Assembly (NCBI GenBank): GCA_035515235.1 | Contig: DATJBS010000061.1 | Coordinates: forward strand, 19,012 to 83,011 | Reading direction: 5' to 3' | DNA from: Chitinophagales bacterium | GTDB taxonomy: Bacteria > Bacteroidota > Bacteroidia > Chitinophagales > JADIYW01 | Length of the DNA: 64,000 bases | Part shown: positions 17,278-26,245 of the stretch, one piece after another | Layout of the letters: the number at the start of each line of letters is the position of its first letter | Numbering within the stretch: position 1 is the first letter of the stretch | Program-made: the position numbers and the translations under genes | The notes under the pieces: generated by a model | What the model saw: only the letters and a program-made list of their open reading frames with translations | Told to the model about the DNA's origin: nothing | Database searches by the model: none

Positions 17278-17865
17278 ATGCAACCTGAAGCAAAAAATAT
17301 TACTCTTTATAAACAGTTGGTCGAAGGCTGTCTTTTAAACAAAAGGCAAGCACAATACCAGTTGTATGATTTAATGTCTGCTAAAATGTTCGCTGTTTGT
17401 ATGAGATATTGCTCAAATAAGGAATACGCACAAGATATCTTGCAAGAGGGTTTTGTAAAAGTTTTTACAAACTTGGATAAGTATAGATGGGAAGGTTCTT
17501 TTGAAGGTTGGGTAAGAAAGATTTTTGTCAATACTGCTATTGAGCATTTTAGAAAAGAGACCAAATTATTTCCAGTTTCGGATAATGAAACAGCATTGAT
17601 GTTTTATCCTGTAGTTGATGATATCGAACATCAATTAGAATTGGAAGATTTGATGTCTTTAGTACAAAAATTATCAACTGGCTATCGTACAGTTTTTAAT
17701 CTGTATGTGATAGAAGGATATTCTCACAAAGAAATAGCCGAAATGCTACAAATCAGTGAAGGAACTTCTAAATCACAATTGTCAAGAGCTAGATACTTAC
17801 TACAAAAAAACATTCAAGAAGCCCATCGTATAAAAATACCTCATGCCGCAAACTCAGGGAAATAA
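17278..17865 (+). CDS. RNA polymerase ECF-type sigma-70 family factor
   Basis: Region 2 (DILQEGFVKVFTNLDKYRWEGSFEGWVRKIFVNTAI) and region 4 HTH (YRTVFNLYVIEGYSHKEIAEMLQISEGTSKSQLSRAR). ATG at 17278 is preferred over the TTG-extended ORF start at 17233. Confidence 0.85.
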   Translation: MQPEAKNITLYKQLVEGCLLNKRQAQYQLYDLMSAKMFAVCMRYCSNKEYAQDILQEGFVKVFTNLDKYRWEGSFEGWVRKIFVNTAIEHFRKETKLFPVSDNETALMFYPVVDDIEHQLELEDLMSLVQKLSTGYRTVFNLYVIEGYSHKEIAEMLQISEGTSKSQLSRARYLLQKNIQEAHRIKIPHAANSGK

Positions 17866-19261
17866 TCCATTTGATGACGAAATAAGAAAAAGGTTAGAGG
17901 GTGCTTCTTTTCAGCCACCAAAAGGTATTTGGGATAAGATAGAAAAGCAATTACCAGAAAAACTACCTTTTTACTTTAGATTTAAATATCCTATAGCTGC
18001 TGCCATGTTGACTTTTAGTTTGGTATCTTCTTTAGTGATTTATAATAGGTATGAAAATTCACTTTCTGATACTCAACTGAGATTTGCAAAAAATAAAATA
18101 GATGCTAAGGATAATATTCTTCCGAAATCACAAAGCTCTAATTTACAAACAGATCATTACACTACTTCAGACATTATTTCTGAAGCCATACCATATTTAG
18201 AAAACAACTCTGAAGCTAATTCGAATGTTAAGTCTATCATTCAATCCTCTTCATCTACTTCTGTCAATTCTTTTGATGGAGCGAGTTATTCTACTCAATC
18301 AAAGTCAAGTACTTCCAATGAATTCTCCAAGAAATCAACTCCTGCTTCTAAAAAGGAAAAAAGAGCAGAAAGAAAACAGAAATCTATTTCTAGTGAAGAT
18401 TTGAATGAAAATTCAGAAAACTTCTTTAAAGAAGCTCAATATTTACATTTCCTTGATAACTCTTCTAATGTTGCAGAAGAGTTATCTATAGAAAGTCCAA
18501 TGCTCAACAAGGATATTGAATCTATAGAAAAAATGGATTTGTTCGCAACTAACTTATTTGAAGATGACGAGAATCCTGAATTAACCAACAAATTTGAAAA
18601 AGGGAAGAGAAAATCCTTTAAAAATAAATTTGTAAATAGTGGTCTTGTTATAGGTCCATTATTAGGAGGTCATTATTCAGCAATGACTAAAAAATCTGAT
18701 GAAGGAGTCAATACTAGTAATTTAGAACAGTCCGCCACTTTTGGAAAATCTTATGGAGTGAATGTAGGATATGTGATCAATAATCGTTGGACGGTAGGAA
18801 TGGAATGGATTTACAACTCAGATGAAGGTCAAAGATTTACAGAAAACATCAACGGTCAGAAAGTCAATAAATACGTGGCATTAGACTATATGAAAATCCC
18901 TCTTTATGTGAAGTACTCCTACAAGTTCATTAACAGATATGATAAGACACCTATCACATTTAATTTTGTAGGTGGGATTCATTATAGTAAATTAAAATCT
19001 GTCAATACCTATATAGAGAATCAGATTGCACCAGTAGAAGTAAATTATAACGAGCAAGAATGGGGAATGTTAGGAGGAGTGGAGTTTGATATTTATGCGA
19101 CTAATAGAATCTTTTTTACTCTTGGAACTAGACTAGCTTTCAATGCAGATTTAAAACAATTCCCTCGACTTAGAGGTGATGATGGTGCAGATCCTTTCTC
19201 TGTTCAAACGGGAGTTTACGCTAAAATCAACTATGCCTTTTCATTCAAAAAAGCCAAGTAA
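17843..19261 (+). CDS. Membrane-anchored protein with C-terminal outer-membrane beta-barrel (PorT/porin-like) domain; possible anti-sigma partner
   Basis: Overlaps the sigma gene by 23 nt. Short N-terminal segment, one TM (YPIAAAMLTFSLVSSLVIY), a Ser/Asn/Lys-rich low-complexity linker, and the last ~200 aa with alternating beta-strand pattern ending ...AKINYAFSFKKAK. Confidence 0.6.
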   Translation: MPQTQGNNPFDDEIRKRLEGASFQPPKGIWDKIEKQLPEKLPFYFRFKYPIAAAMLTFSLVSSLVIYNRYENSLSDTQLRFAKNKIDAKDNILPKSQSSNLQTDHYTTSDIISEAIPYLENNSEANSNVKSIIQSSSSTSVNSFDGASYSTQSKSSTSNEFSKKSTPASKKEKRAERKQKSISSEDLNENSENFFKEAQYLHFLDNSSNVAEELSIESPMLNKDIESIEKMDLFATNLFEDDENPELTNKFEKGKRKSFKNKFVNSGLVIGPLLGGHYSAMTKKSDEGVNTSNLEQSATFGKSYGVNVGYVINNRWTVGMEWIYNSDEGQRFTENINGQKVNKYVALDYMKIPLYVKYSYKFINRYDKTPITFNFVGGIHYSKLKSVNTYIENQIAPVEVNYNEQEWGMLGGVEFDIYATNRIFFTLGTRLAFNADLKQFPRLRGDDGADPFSVQTGVYAKINYAFSFKKAK

Positions 19262-19347
19262 TTCTTATTTAGAAATATCATAAATTTAGATTTTTTGTAA
19301 TATTGTACTTCTGCTCTCACTAATAGACCAGTGAATAAATTATTGAT

Positions 19348-19917
19348 ATGAATAAGAAGGCTAACAGTGAATTAAGTGCAGAACATGCAGATGTATTGTT
19401 GACTACACTAGAAAAACGTTTTCACCAAAATATGCATAGACATCCTTCTATCTTATGGGAAGAAGTGTACAAGAAATTAGTCCTGCAACCTTCAAAAAAT
19501 TGGTCACTTCATCAAATGGAAATCACCGGAGGCAAACCTGATGCGGTGGAGTTTAAAGAAAAATCGGATAATTATTTTTTTATTGATTGCTCAGCAGAAA
19601 GTCCAAAAGAGCGTAGAAGTCTTTGTTACGATAAAAAGGGATTGGATGCTCGTAAAGAATTTAAGCCAAAGAATACAGCTGTCGATTTAGCTCATGAAAT
19701 GGGAGTAGAATTATTAGATGAAGCTCAGTATCAATTTTTGCAATCCTTAGAAGAGTTTGATTTGAAAACATCTAGTTGGTTAAAAACGCCAACTTCTATA
19801 AGAGAATTGGGAGGAGCAATTTTCGGGGACAGAAGATTTAATCATGTATTTGTTTATCACAATGGTGCATCTTCCTATTATGGAGGTAGAGGCTTTAGAG
19901 CAATATTAAAACTTTAA
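19348..19917 (+). CDS. DUF4256 domain-containing protein (function unknown)
   Basis: 189 aa, soluble. Pattern WSLHQMEITGGKPDAV...DCSAESP...RRSLCYD matches my recollection of DUF4256. The family call is from memory only. Confidence 0.55.
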   Translation: MNKKANSELSAEHADVLLTTLEKRFHQNMHRHPSILWEEVYKKLVLQPSKNWSLHQMEITGGKPDAVEFKEKSDNYFFIDCSAESPKERRSLCYDKKGLDARKEFKPKNTAVDLAHEMGVELLDEAQYQFLQSLEEFDLKTSSWLKTPTSIRELGGAIFGDRRFNHVFVYHNGASSYYGGRGFRAILKL

Positions 19918-19918
19918 A

Positions 19919-22111
19919 CTACTTGTTTTTTATCTGATTAGCCTCGTCTATTGTGATAGCTTCTCCTTTGAAAAAGGGCACTATAAACGCATCTGTTAAT
20001 CCTCTTTGATGTACTTTGTCTAAATAGGACTTAGCTGTTTCGTAATTGGGATAAGATGAAATGAAAATTTTGTACAATTCCTTATCCTTTACCTGTTGTT
20101 TTTCAATATTACCTAAGTCGCTAATCTTTTGCAACCATTTTTCGTCCGGTTGTTTGTAGACACCTATTTGAATTTTATAGATCAAATCGTTTTTCTCGAC
20201 ATACTGTTGGTCAAAAATTACTGAGCTCATAGTCTGTTCATCAGAACCTAATTGCTCAAATCCAATCAATTTAAATTCAGTTCTTCTATTGATAGCATGT
20301 TGTTCTTCTGAGCATTTTACTTTGTCAGCACATTCATTCAACAGCTGAGATTCGCCATATCCTTTTGCAAATAATTTGTTTTTTGATATGCCATTAGATA
20401 TTAAATACTTGACAACATTTTCTGCTCTTTTCTCAGATAATTTATTGTTGTATTTAGCGTCAGCTCTGCTATCAGTATGTGAACCTATTTCTATAATCCA
20501 AGTAGGATTGTCAATGAGCAAATTGTGTAATTTGTTAAGTTCTTTAGCTGCTTCATTGCTAATATCTGCTTTGTCAAAATCGTAATAAATATTAGGGATA
20601 ATGATACTTTTGTTAAGTTCAATTCTTTGTAATTCTATATTTAAGCTTGAAAGATCCTGAAGAGAATTGATAGCTATATCACTAGGGAAATATTGAGAAA
20701 AAGTAGTTAAAACGTGACCTTTCTCAAAACTTGACGGCAATTCTATTTGATAATATCCTAGATGATCTGTTTTGGCTTCTATTGGGTTTTGGTTTTGATC
20801 TAATAAAGTAATAGTAGCATTCTTGATGAATTCATTAGTATTCTTATCGACGACTGTTCCTTTTAGAACTGTTGATTTTTGATTTTCTAAATATTCGGTA
20901 GAAATCAATCTGTAGATATCGTCATTTCCAGCTCCGCCTGTTCTATTTGAACTAAAATATCCGTTGTTTTTATTTTTATCTAATATCAATCCAAAATCGT
21001 CATAACCTGAATTGATAGGTTTGCCCATATTTACTGGAGTAGTCCATAATCCATTTTCAAACTTAGAATAAAAAATATCTAAACCACCATATCCAGCGTG
21101 ACCTTCTGATGCGAAATACAGCATTCCATCTTTGTGAAGAAATGGAAATAATTCATTCTTAGTGGTGTTGATAGTCGGCCCGAGGTTAATAGGAGTAGAC
21201 CATCTATTTCCTGAATTTCTAGAGTAATAAATATCAGTCCCACCTAATCCTCCAGGCATATCAGAAACAAAATACATCACTTTGCCATCTTCGCTTAATG
21301 TAGGATGAGAGATAGAATAAGTAGGATTGTTTAAAGAAATAGGTTTTAATTCAGTCCATTTCTTACCTCTTTTCATTGCAGAATAAATACCTAAAGTATT
21401 AGTTGTGCTTTTGTTTTTCTTATCAAGATTCTGATTGTGTGAGAAATATATCATTTTCGACTGTCGAATAAAAGAAACAGGTCCTCCATGAAAATTATTG
21501 ACTTTTGGAAGTTCTAATTCTTGAATAGCAGTTTTTTCTTTACCAGTTGGTAAAAATGGAATTTGATAAATTGTCAACCAAGGTCTATTATTCCAATCGT
21601 AAAGAGATTTTTTACTTTTAGTATTCCCTATAAATGCAATTCCATCTCTATAATAACTTGGTGAAAACTCGTCTCCATTAGTATTCAGATTGGCTATAGT
21701 TAATACATTATATGTTGAAGGCGCAATGTTTCTAAGAGTGCTAGAAATATTGGTTTTATATTGATCTCCAAAACTGAGGAAGATACTATCTGAAGCCACT
21801 AAATTGCCGTTGATTTTGTACAATTCTGCTAAAAGTATTTTATATTTTTCAGAAAGCTCATTGACTGTAGATGCTTTTTTTAGCCAATCCAATGCCTCTT
21901 GGAAATTTCTTTGTGCATAATAAGATTGAGCTAATATTATTTTTGTTTCGAAATCACCTAATCCTTTGTTTTCTAATTCTAAGAATTTCTTTATAGTAGA
22001 ATGATAATTGGTTTGCTCAAATTGATGAACAGCTTGAATTCGATCTTGATGTTGAGCCATTCCATTCGTCCAACATAATAAAGCTATAAATGTCCAGATA
22101 TAATTTTTCAT
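19919..22111 (-). CDS. OmpA family protein with TPR, TolB-like beta-propeller repeats, CarboxypepD_reg-like, OmpA_C and SPOR-like domains
   Basis: Signal peptide; repeated (E/D)xxPxxxxDGxxxYF(V/A)S propeller blades; OmpA_C motif (IEIGSHTDSRADAKYNNKLSEKRAENV...NRRTEFK); C-terminal YKIQIGVYKQPD...AFIVPF, which is SPOR-like. Confidence 0.85.
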   Translation of the reverse strand: MKNYIWTFIALLCWTNGMAQHQDRIQAVHQFEQTNYHSTIKKFLELENKGLGDFETKIILAQSYYAQRNFQEALDWLKKASTVNELSEKYKILLAELYKINGNLVASDSIFLSFGDQYKTNISSTLRNIAPSTYNVLTIANLNTNGDEFSPSYYRDGIAFIGNTKSKKSLYDWNNRPWLTIYQIPFLPTGKEKTAIQELELPKVNNFHGGPVSFIRQSKMIYFSHNQNLDKKNKSTTNTLGIYSAMKRGKKWTELKPISLNNPTYSISHPTLSEDGKVMYFVSDMPGGLGGTDIYYSRNSGNRWSTPINLGPTINTTKNELFPFLHKDGMLYFASEGHAGYGGLDIFYSKFENGLWTTPVNMGKPINSGYDDFGLILDKNKNNGYFSSNRTGGAGNDDIYRLISTEYLENQKSTVLKGTVVDKNTNEFIKNATITLLDQNQNPIEAKTDHLGYYQIELPSSFEKGHVLTTFSQYFPSDIAINSLQDLSSLNIELQRIELNKSIIIPNIYYDFDKADISNEAAKELNKLHNLLIDNPTWIIEIGSHTDSRADAKYNNKLSEKRAENVVKYLISNGISKNKLFAKGYGESQLLNECADKVKCSEEQHAINRRTEFKLIGFEQLGSDEQTMSSVIFDQQYVEKNDLIYKIQIGVYKQPDEKWLQKISDLGNIEKQQVKDKELYKIFISSYPNYETAKSYLDKVHQRGLTDAFIVPFFKGEAITIDEANQIKNK

Positions 22112-23067
22112 TAGAAATATCTTGGGCTTTTATAAATAATAGAAGAAGTTTTAAATACAGGCATATCAAATGATAATAATATTTCGTGCGACCCAGAATT
22201 TGAAGGTCTTAATGCTTTCCATGACAAATCATAAGAGTAACCGATATTCAGTTTTTTATCTCCTTTGTTAAAGCTATGCATGTACTGAGCTAAGAAAATT
22301 ATGCTTTTATCTGTTCGCACACCAAATCCCCCAAGAAATTTATCGTAGAAAATACCATTGACAGTAAATTCTGCTTGAACAGGTTCTGCGTTTGCTATCC
22401 TTATAGTTGTAGTTGGTAATAATCTGAAATCATTATTGATATTCCATTGGTATGCACCTGATATGAAATATTGTTGGAGAGGTTTGAATCCCCATTTTGG
22501 GTCTTTAAAAATAGAAGTAGGTAATATCTGTGGAGCTCCAAAACCTACAGAGAAATTTTCTCCATAGAAATATGCACCTGCACCAAATATAGGCATCCAA
22601 CTTTTTTCAAACTCACCAGGTTGGATTATGTCAGGCATGCCATCATCTGTAATCAATTTTGAGCTATTTACATTCCTAAATTCCGCGCCAGCATTGACTC
22701 CTAATGATAAAGTATATTTTTCTTTAAATTTTAATCTATATGCATATTGAGCAGTAATTCCATTGGTCATTAATGCGCCAATTCTGTCATTGTAAAAATT
22801 AATACCAACAGCTATGTTTTCTTTTTTTAATGGAGTGTGTACGGCAGCATTAATAGTGGTAGGTGCACCTTCCATTCCTACCCATTGTAATCTATTTATT
22901 ACTTGAGCGTGCAGAACCTCTTTGCTTCCTACATAAGCAGGATTGTAGAATTGTTCATTCCAATAGTAATGGGAAAATAGAGAAGATTGTTGGCTAAAGC
23001 CTTGAATTGCAAATGTCGTGAACAATGCAAACCATATACTTCTTAAAAATTTGATTTTTAAAGACAT
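22111..23067 (-). CDS. Type IX secretion system membrane protein, PorP/SprF family
   Basis: N-terminus QQSSLFSHYYWNEQFYNPAYVG and a ~300-aa beta-barrel pattern are typical of PorP/SprF. Its stop overlaps the OmpA start (TAATG at 22109-22113). Confidence 0.85.
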   Translation of the reverse strand: MSLKIKFLRSIWFALFTTFAIQGFSQQSSLFSHYYWNEQFYNPAYVGSKEVLHAQVINRLQWVGMEGAPTTINAAVHTPLKKENIAVGINFYNDRIGALMTNGITAQYAYRLKFKEKYTLSLGVNAGAEFRNVNSSKLITDDGMPDIIQPGEFEKSWMPIFGAGAYFYGENFSVGFGAPQILPTSIFKDPKWGFKPLQQYFISGAYQWNINNDFRLLPTTTIRIANAEPVQAEFTVNGIFYDKFLGGFGVRTDKSIIFLAQYMHSFNKGDKKLNIGYSYDLSWKALRPSNSGSHEILLSFDMPVFKTSSIIYKSPRYF

Positions 23068-23109
23068 AATTTCTAGAACTCAGCTAAGATAATGCATCTT
23101 TTAGTTAAA

Positions 23110-23871
23110 TTATTTCTTTTGAAGCATAGCGACAAAACCATTTAGTATCGATTGAGTATGTGGATGAAACCAATGCTCCACAACTTTGTCCAAAAGGTCC
23201 TCTTCATAATTCGTTACAGTATGAATCATATCTGTTCTTAAGTTCAACTTTGTAGCAGACCAAGTTTTCTGATCGAATTTTAAATAGTGCGATACTTTCC
23301 TCTCCGCAGTTTCTAAAACTTGTTCGGCAGGAACGACTACATCAACTAATCCAGCATCAGAAGCTTGTTGTGGATTCATTAATCTTCCTTCCATCAAAAA
23401 TTGATATGCTCTATGTTTTCCTAACCAAAAAGAATACAGTTCAAATACGTGACGTGGTACAGTGATGCCTACAGGAATTTCATTTAGCCCTATTTTAAAA
23501 TTACCTGCACCCATAATACGATAGTCACACGCAATAGCAACTATACATCCGCCTGCAGGAGAGTGACCTGTAATTGCTGCTACTAGTGGTTTTGGAAAAG
23601 AGACCAACTCTATAATCAAGTCCATGAAGGCTTTCCAAAATTGCTTAGTTTTAACACGATCGTAGTTCATAATCTCTGGAAGATCCAAACCTGAAGAGAA
23701 GAAATTTTCTTTTCCAGTAATAATTAATGCTTTGGTCTTATCATCACTTTTTAAGGTTTTTAATACTTCAATCATTTCCTCAAACATTTGCATATTCATA
23801 GGATTTGATCGACCTCTATCAAACATGAGAATGCTATAATCTTCCTTCTGGGTCAGTTTTAATGTTTCCAT
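23110..23871 (-). CDS. Enoyl-CoA hydratase/isomerase family protein
   Basis: Crotonase fold motifs: FFSSGLDL and AAITGHSPAGGCIVAIACDYRIM. Confidence 0.85.
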   Translation of the reverse strand: METLKLTQKEDYSILMFDRGRSNPMNMQMFEEMIEVLKTLKSDDKTKALIITGKENFFSSGLDLPEIMNYDRVKTKQFWKAFMDLIIELVSFPKPLVAAITGHSPAGGCIVAIACDYRIMGAGNFKIGLNEIPVGITVPRHVFELYSFWLGKHRAYQFLMEGRLMNPQQASDAGLVDVVVPAEQVLETAERKVSHYLKFDQKTWSATKLNLRTDMIHTVTNYEEDLLDKVVEHWFHPHTQSILNGFVAMLQKK

Positions 23872-23972
23872 ATTAGTGCTTCGATATTAAACGATTGTAA
23901 ATATTAGCAATTTCTATGGAATTTCTTTAACATTTAAGGCAAATTTGAGTTAATTATTAGAATACATATATT

Positions 23973-25265
23973 ATGGATTTAAAATTACCGCAGACGACTC
24001 AGAAACGTATAGTCATTATTGGTGGCGGATTCGCTGGGATCAATGTTGCTTTAAAGCTTAAAGATTCTGATTTTCAAATTGTTTTATTAGACAAACATAA
24101 TTATCATACTTTCCAACCTCTATTATATCAAGTAGCTACAGGTGGTTTGGAGCCTACATCTATTGCCTATCCTTTAAGAAAACTCATCAAGAAATTACCG
24201 GGAGTATTTTTTAGATTGGCTACAGTCGAGCAAGTTTCTACTGCTGAGAAAACTATAAAAACTGATTTAGGAGATTTGACCTATGATATTTTGGTGATTG
24301 CTACTGGAAGTACTACTAATTTTTTCAATTTGCCTGAAGAGAGTACTTCTAAAATGAAAACGCTAAAATCTATTCCGCAAGCACTAGATTTAAGAAGTTA
24401 TATTTTAGAGAATTTTGAAAGTGCTCTTTTAGAAAATAATTTGGAGCATAAGCAAGCCTTAATGAATATTGCTATTGTAGGTGGTGGTCCTACAGGTGTG
24501 GAAATGGCAGGAGCGATTGGCGAGATGAAAAACCACATGTTGCCAGGAGATTATAAAGAGCTGAATTTGAAAAAAATGCAAGTTCATTTATTTGAAGCCG
24601 CAGATACTCTATTGGGTCCAATGTCTAAAGATTCTCAAAAGAGAGCATTAGAATATTTAGCAGATTTTGGAGTTGTTATACATTTAAATACTGCTGTTAA
24701 ATCCTATAAAAATGGCGAGTTGATTTATGGAGATGATGAAACTTTAATGACTGAAACTGTGATATGGACAGCTGGCGTAAAAGGAGCATCTATACCTGGA
24801 TTACCACTTGAATCTTATATGCCTAATAGTAGATTAAAAGTCAATGAGTATAATCAGGTGAATGGACTTGAGGATGTCTATGCTTTAGGAGATCTTGCTT
24901 TTATGCCGACAGATGATTTTCCAAGAGGTCACCCAATGGTAGCTCCAGTTGCTATTCAGCAAGGAGAGTTATTTGCAAAAAACATAGAGAGAAAATTTAA
25001 AGGATCTCCATTGAAAGAATTTAAATATTTAGATAAAGGTTCAATGGCAACTGTTGGTAGAAATAGAGCAGTTGTAGATTTTCCTGGAGAAAAAGTAAAA
25101 CTCGGTGGATTTATTGCATTCATTGCTTGGATGGTAGTTCACTTGATGTCTTTGGTAGGATTTAGAAACAAACTAATAGTTTTGACAGGATGGTTATATA
25201 ACTATATGAACTACGATCGAGTGTTGAGACTTATTATTCGACCGTCTAAATCAAAACAAAACTAA
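23973..25265 (+). CDS. ndh: Type II NADH:quinone oxidoreductase (NDH-2)
   Basis: Two Rossmann motifs (IVIIGGGFAGI; IAIVGGGPTGVE), ALGD, and a C-terminal membrane-association helix. Confidence 0.85.
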   Translation: MDLKLPQTTQKRIVIIGGGFAGINVALKLKDSDFQIVLLDKHNYHTFQPLLYQVATGGLEPTSIAYPLRKLIKKLPGVFFRLATVEQVSTAEKTIKTDLGDLTYDILVIATGSTTNFFNLPEESTSKMKTLKSIPQALDLRSYILENFESALLENNLEHKQALMNIAIVGGGPTGVEMAGAIGEMKNHMLPGDYKELNLKKMQVHLFEAADTLLGPMSKDSQKRALEYLADFGVVIHLNTAVKSYKNGELIYGDDETLMTETVIWTAGVKGASIPGLPLESYMPNSRLKVNEYNQVNGLEDVYALGDLAFMPTDDFPRGHPMVAPVAIQQGELFAKNIERKFKGSPLKEFKYLDKGSMATVGRNRAVVDFPGEKVKLGGFIAFIAWMVVHLMSLVGFRNKLIVLTGWLYNYMNYDRVLRLIIRPSKSKQN

Positions 25266-25347
25266 TATTTAGTAATTTTTAAAATGTTTTCTAATAGATG
25301 ATTTTGTTATAATTGCATCAATTAGGTAAAACACTTAAATTATCATC

Positions 25348-26103
25348 ATGAAAGAATCGGGAGTCAATATAGCTGTATTGGTAGATGGAGATAACGCTCA
25401 ACCTAAATTGATTAAGGAGATTGTAGAAGAAGTCTCGAAATATGGCAAAGCTACAGTCCGAAGGATTTATGGAGATTGGACGACACCACAAATGAATGGC
25501 TGGAAAAGTGTAATTAACCAACACTCTTTTAATCCAATTCAAAAGTTCTCCTATACTACTGGTAAAAACTCAACAGATAGTTCTTTAATCATTGATGCTA
25601 TGGATATTCTTCATGGAGATAATATCAATGGGTTTTGCATAGTGTCAAGTGACAGTGATTATACTGGTCTTGCAAAAAGAATAAGAGAAGAAGGAATGTT
25701 TGTGATGGGAATAGGAGAGAAGAAAACTCCTGAAGCTTTTGTGAGGTCTTGTGAAGTATTTACTTTCTCAGAAAATCTCTTAGAGGAAGATGAGCAAGTG
25801 AACGAAACAATTAATGCAAAAAAAGAGAATAGAACGAAGAAAGTTCAGAAAAAGAAAAATCTCTCCATAGAAGATGCTAGGACGATTCACAAAGCATATT
25901 TGATCTCAGTGAACGACGGAGACGGAGATATAGCATATATTTCTCAGATTGGAAAAAATATTAAAAAGATAGACCCAAGTTTTGACCCGAGAACATATGG
26001 ATTTGGATCATTGAAAAAACTATTTGAAGGTCTTGTAGATTACGAGGTCATCAAAAATGAAGTCAATGGATTGGATTATCCATTAATTAAATTGAAAGGG
26101 TAA
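25348..26103 (+). CDS. NYN domain (limkain-b1/LabA-like) protein with C-terminal OST-HTH/LOTUS domain
   Basis: AVLVDGDNAQPKLIKEIVEEVSKYGKATVRRIYGDWT...NSTDSSLIIDAMD...CIVSSDSDYTGL is a NYN acidic-residue pattern. A Lys/Glu linker follows, then YISQIGKNIKKIDPSFDPRTYGFGSLKKLFEGL (OST-HTH-like). Confidence 0.75.
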   Translation: MKESGVNIAVLVDGDNAQPKLIKEIVEEVSKYGKATVRRIYGDWTTPQMNGWKSVINQHSFNPIQKFSYTTGKNSTDSSLIIDAMDILHGDNINGFCIVSSDSDYTGLAKRIREEGMFVMGIGEKKTPEAFVRSCEVFTFSENLLEEDEQVNETINAKKENRTKKVQKKKNLSIEDARTIHKAYLISVNDGDGDIAYISQIGKNIKKIDPSFDPRTYGFGSLKKLFEGLVDYEVIKNEVNGLDYPLIKLKG

Positions 26104-26105
26104 TA

Positions 26106-26235
26106 TTTTAGCCCATGAATTTTTAGCCCATGAATTTATTCGTGGGTGATGAATTTTTAGCCAATGAATTTATTCATTGATAAAATGAATGTAAATCAAA
26201 ATTCATCCGGTTTCAATTGCCCATGAATTTATTTA
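26106..26235. repeat. Cluster of short direct/inverted repeats (15-mer ttttagccNatgaat x3; cccatgaatttatt x2-3)
   Basis: ttttagcccatgaat at 26106-26120 and 26121-26135 is a perfect tandem, and ttttagccaatgaat is at 26155-26169. cccatgaatttatt occurs at 26128 and 26220, and ccaatgaatttatt at 26161. Hairpins: cccatg..cgtggg and aatgaa..ttcatt. Confidence 0.85.
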
Positions 26236-26245
26236 TTGTCAAAAA

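Noticed and set aside
25318-25542. A 74-aa minus-strand ORF overlapping the start of the NYN gene, considered as a possible antitoxin-like partner.
   Set aside because: It is antisense to the well-supported NYN N-terminus, has no promoter context, and its composition is typical of a shadow ORF.
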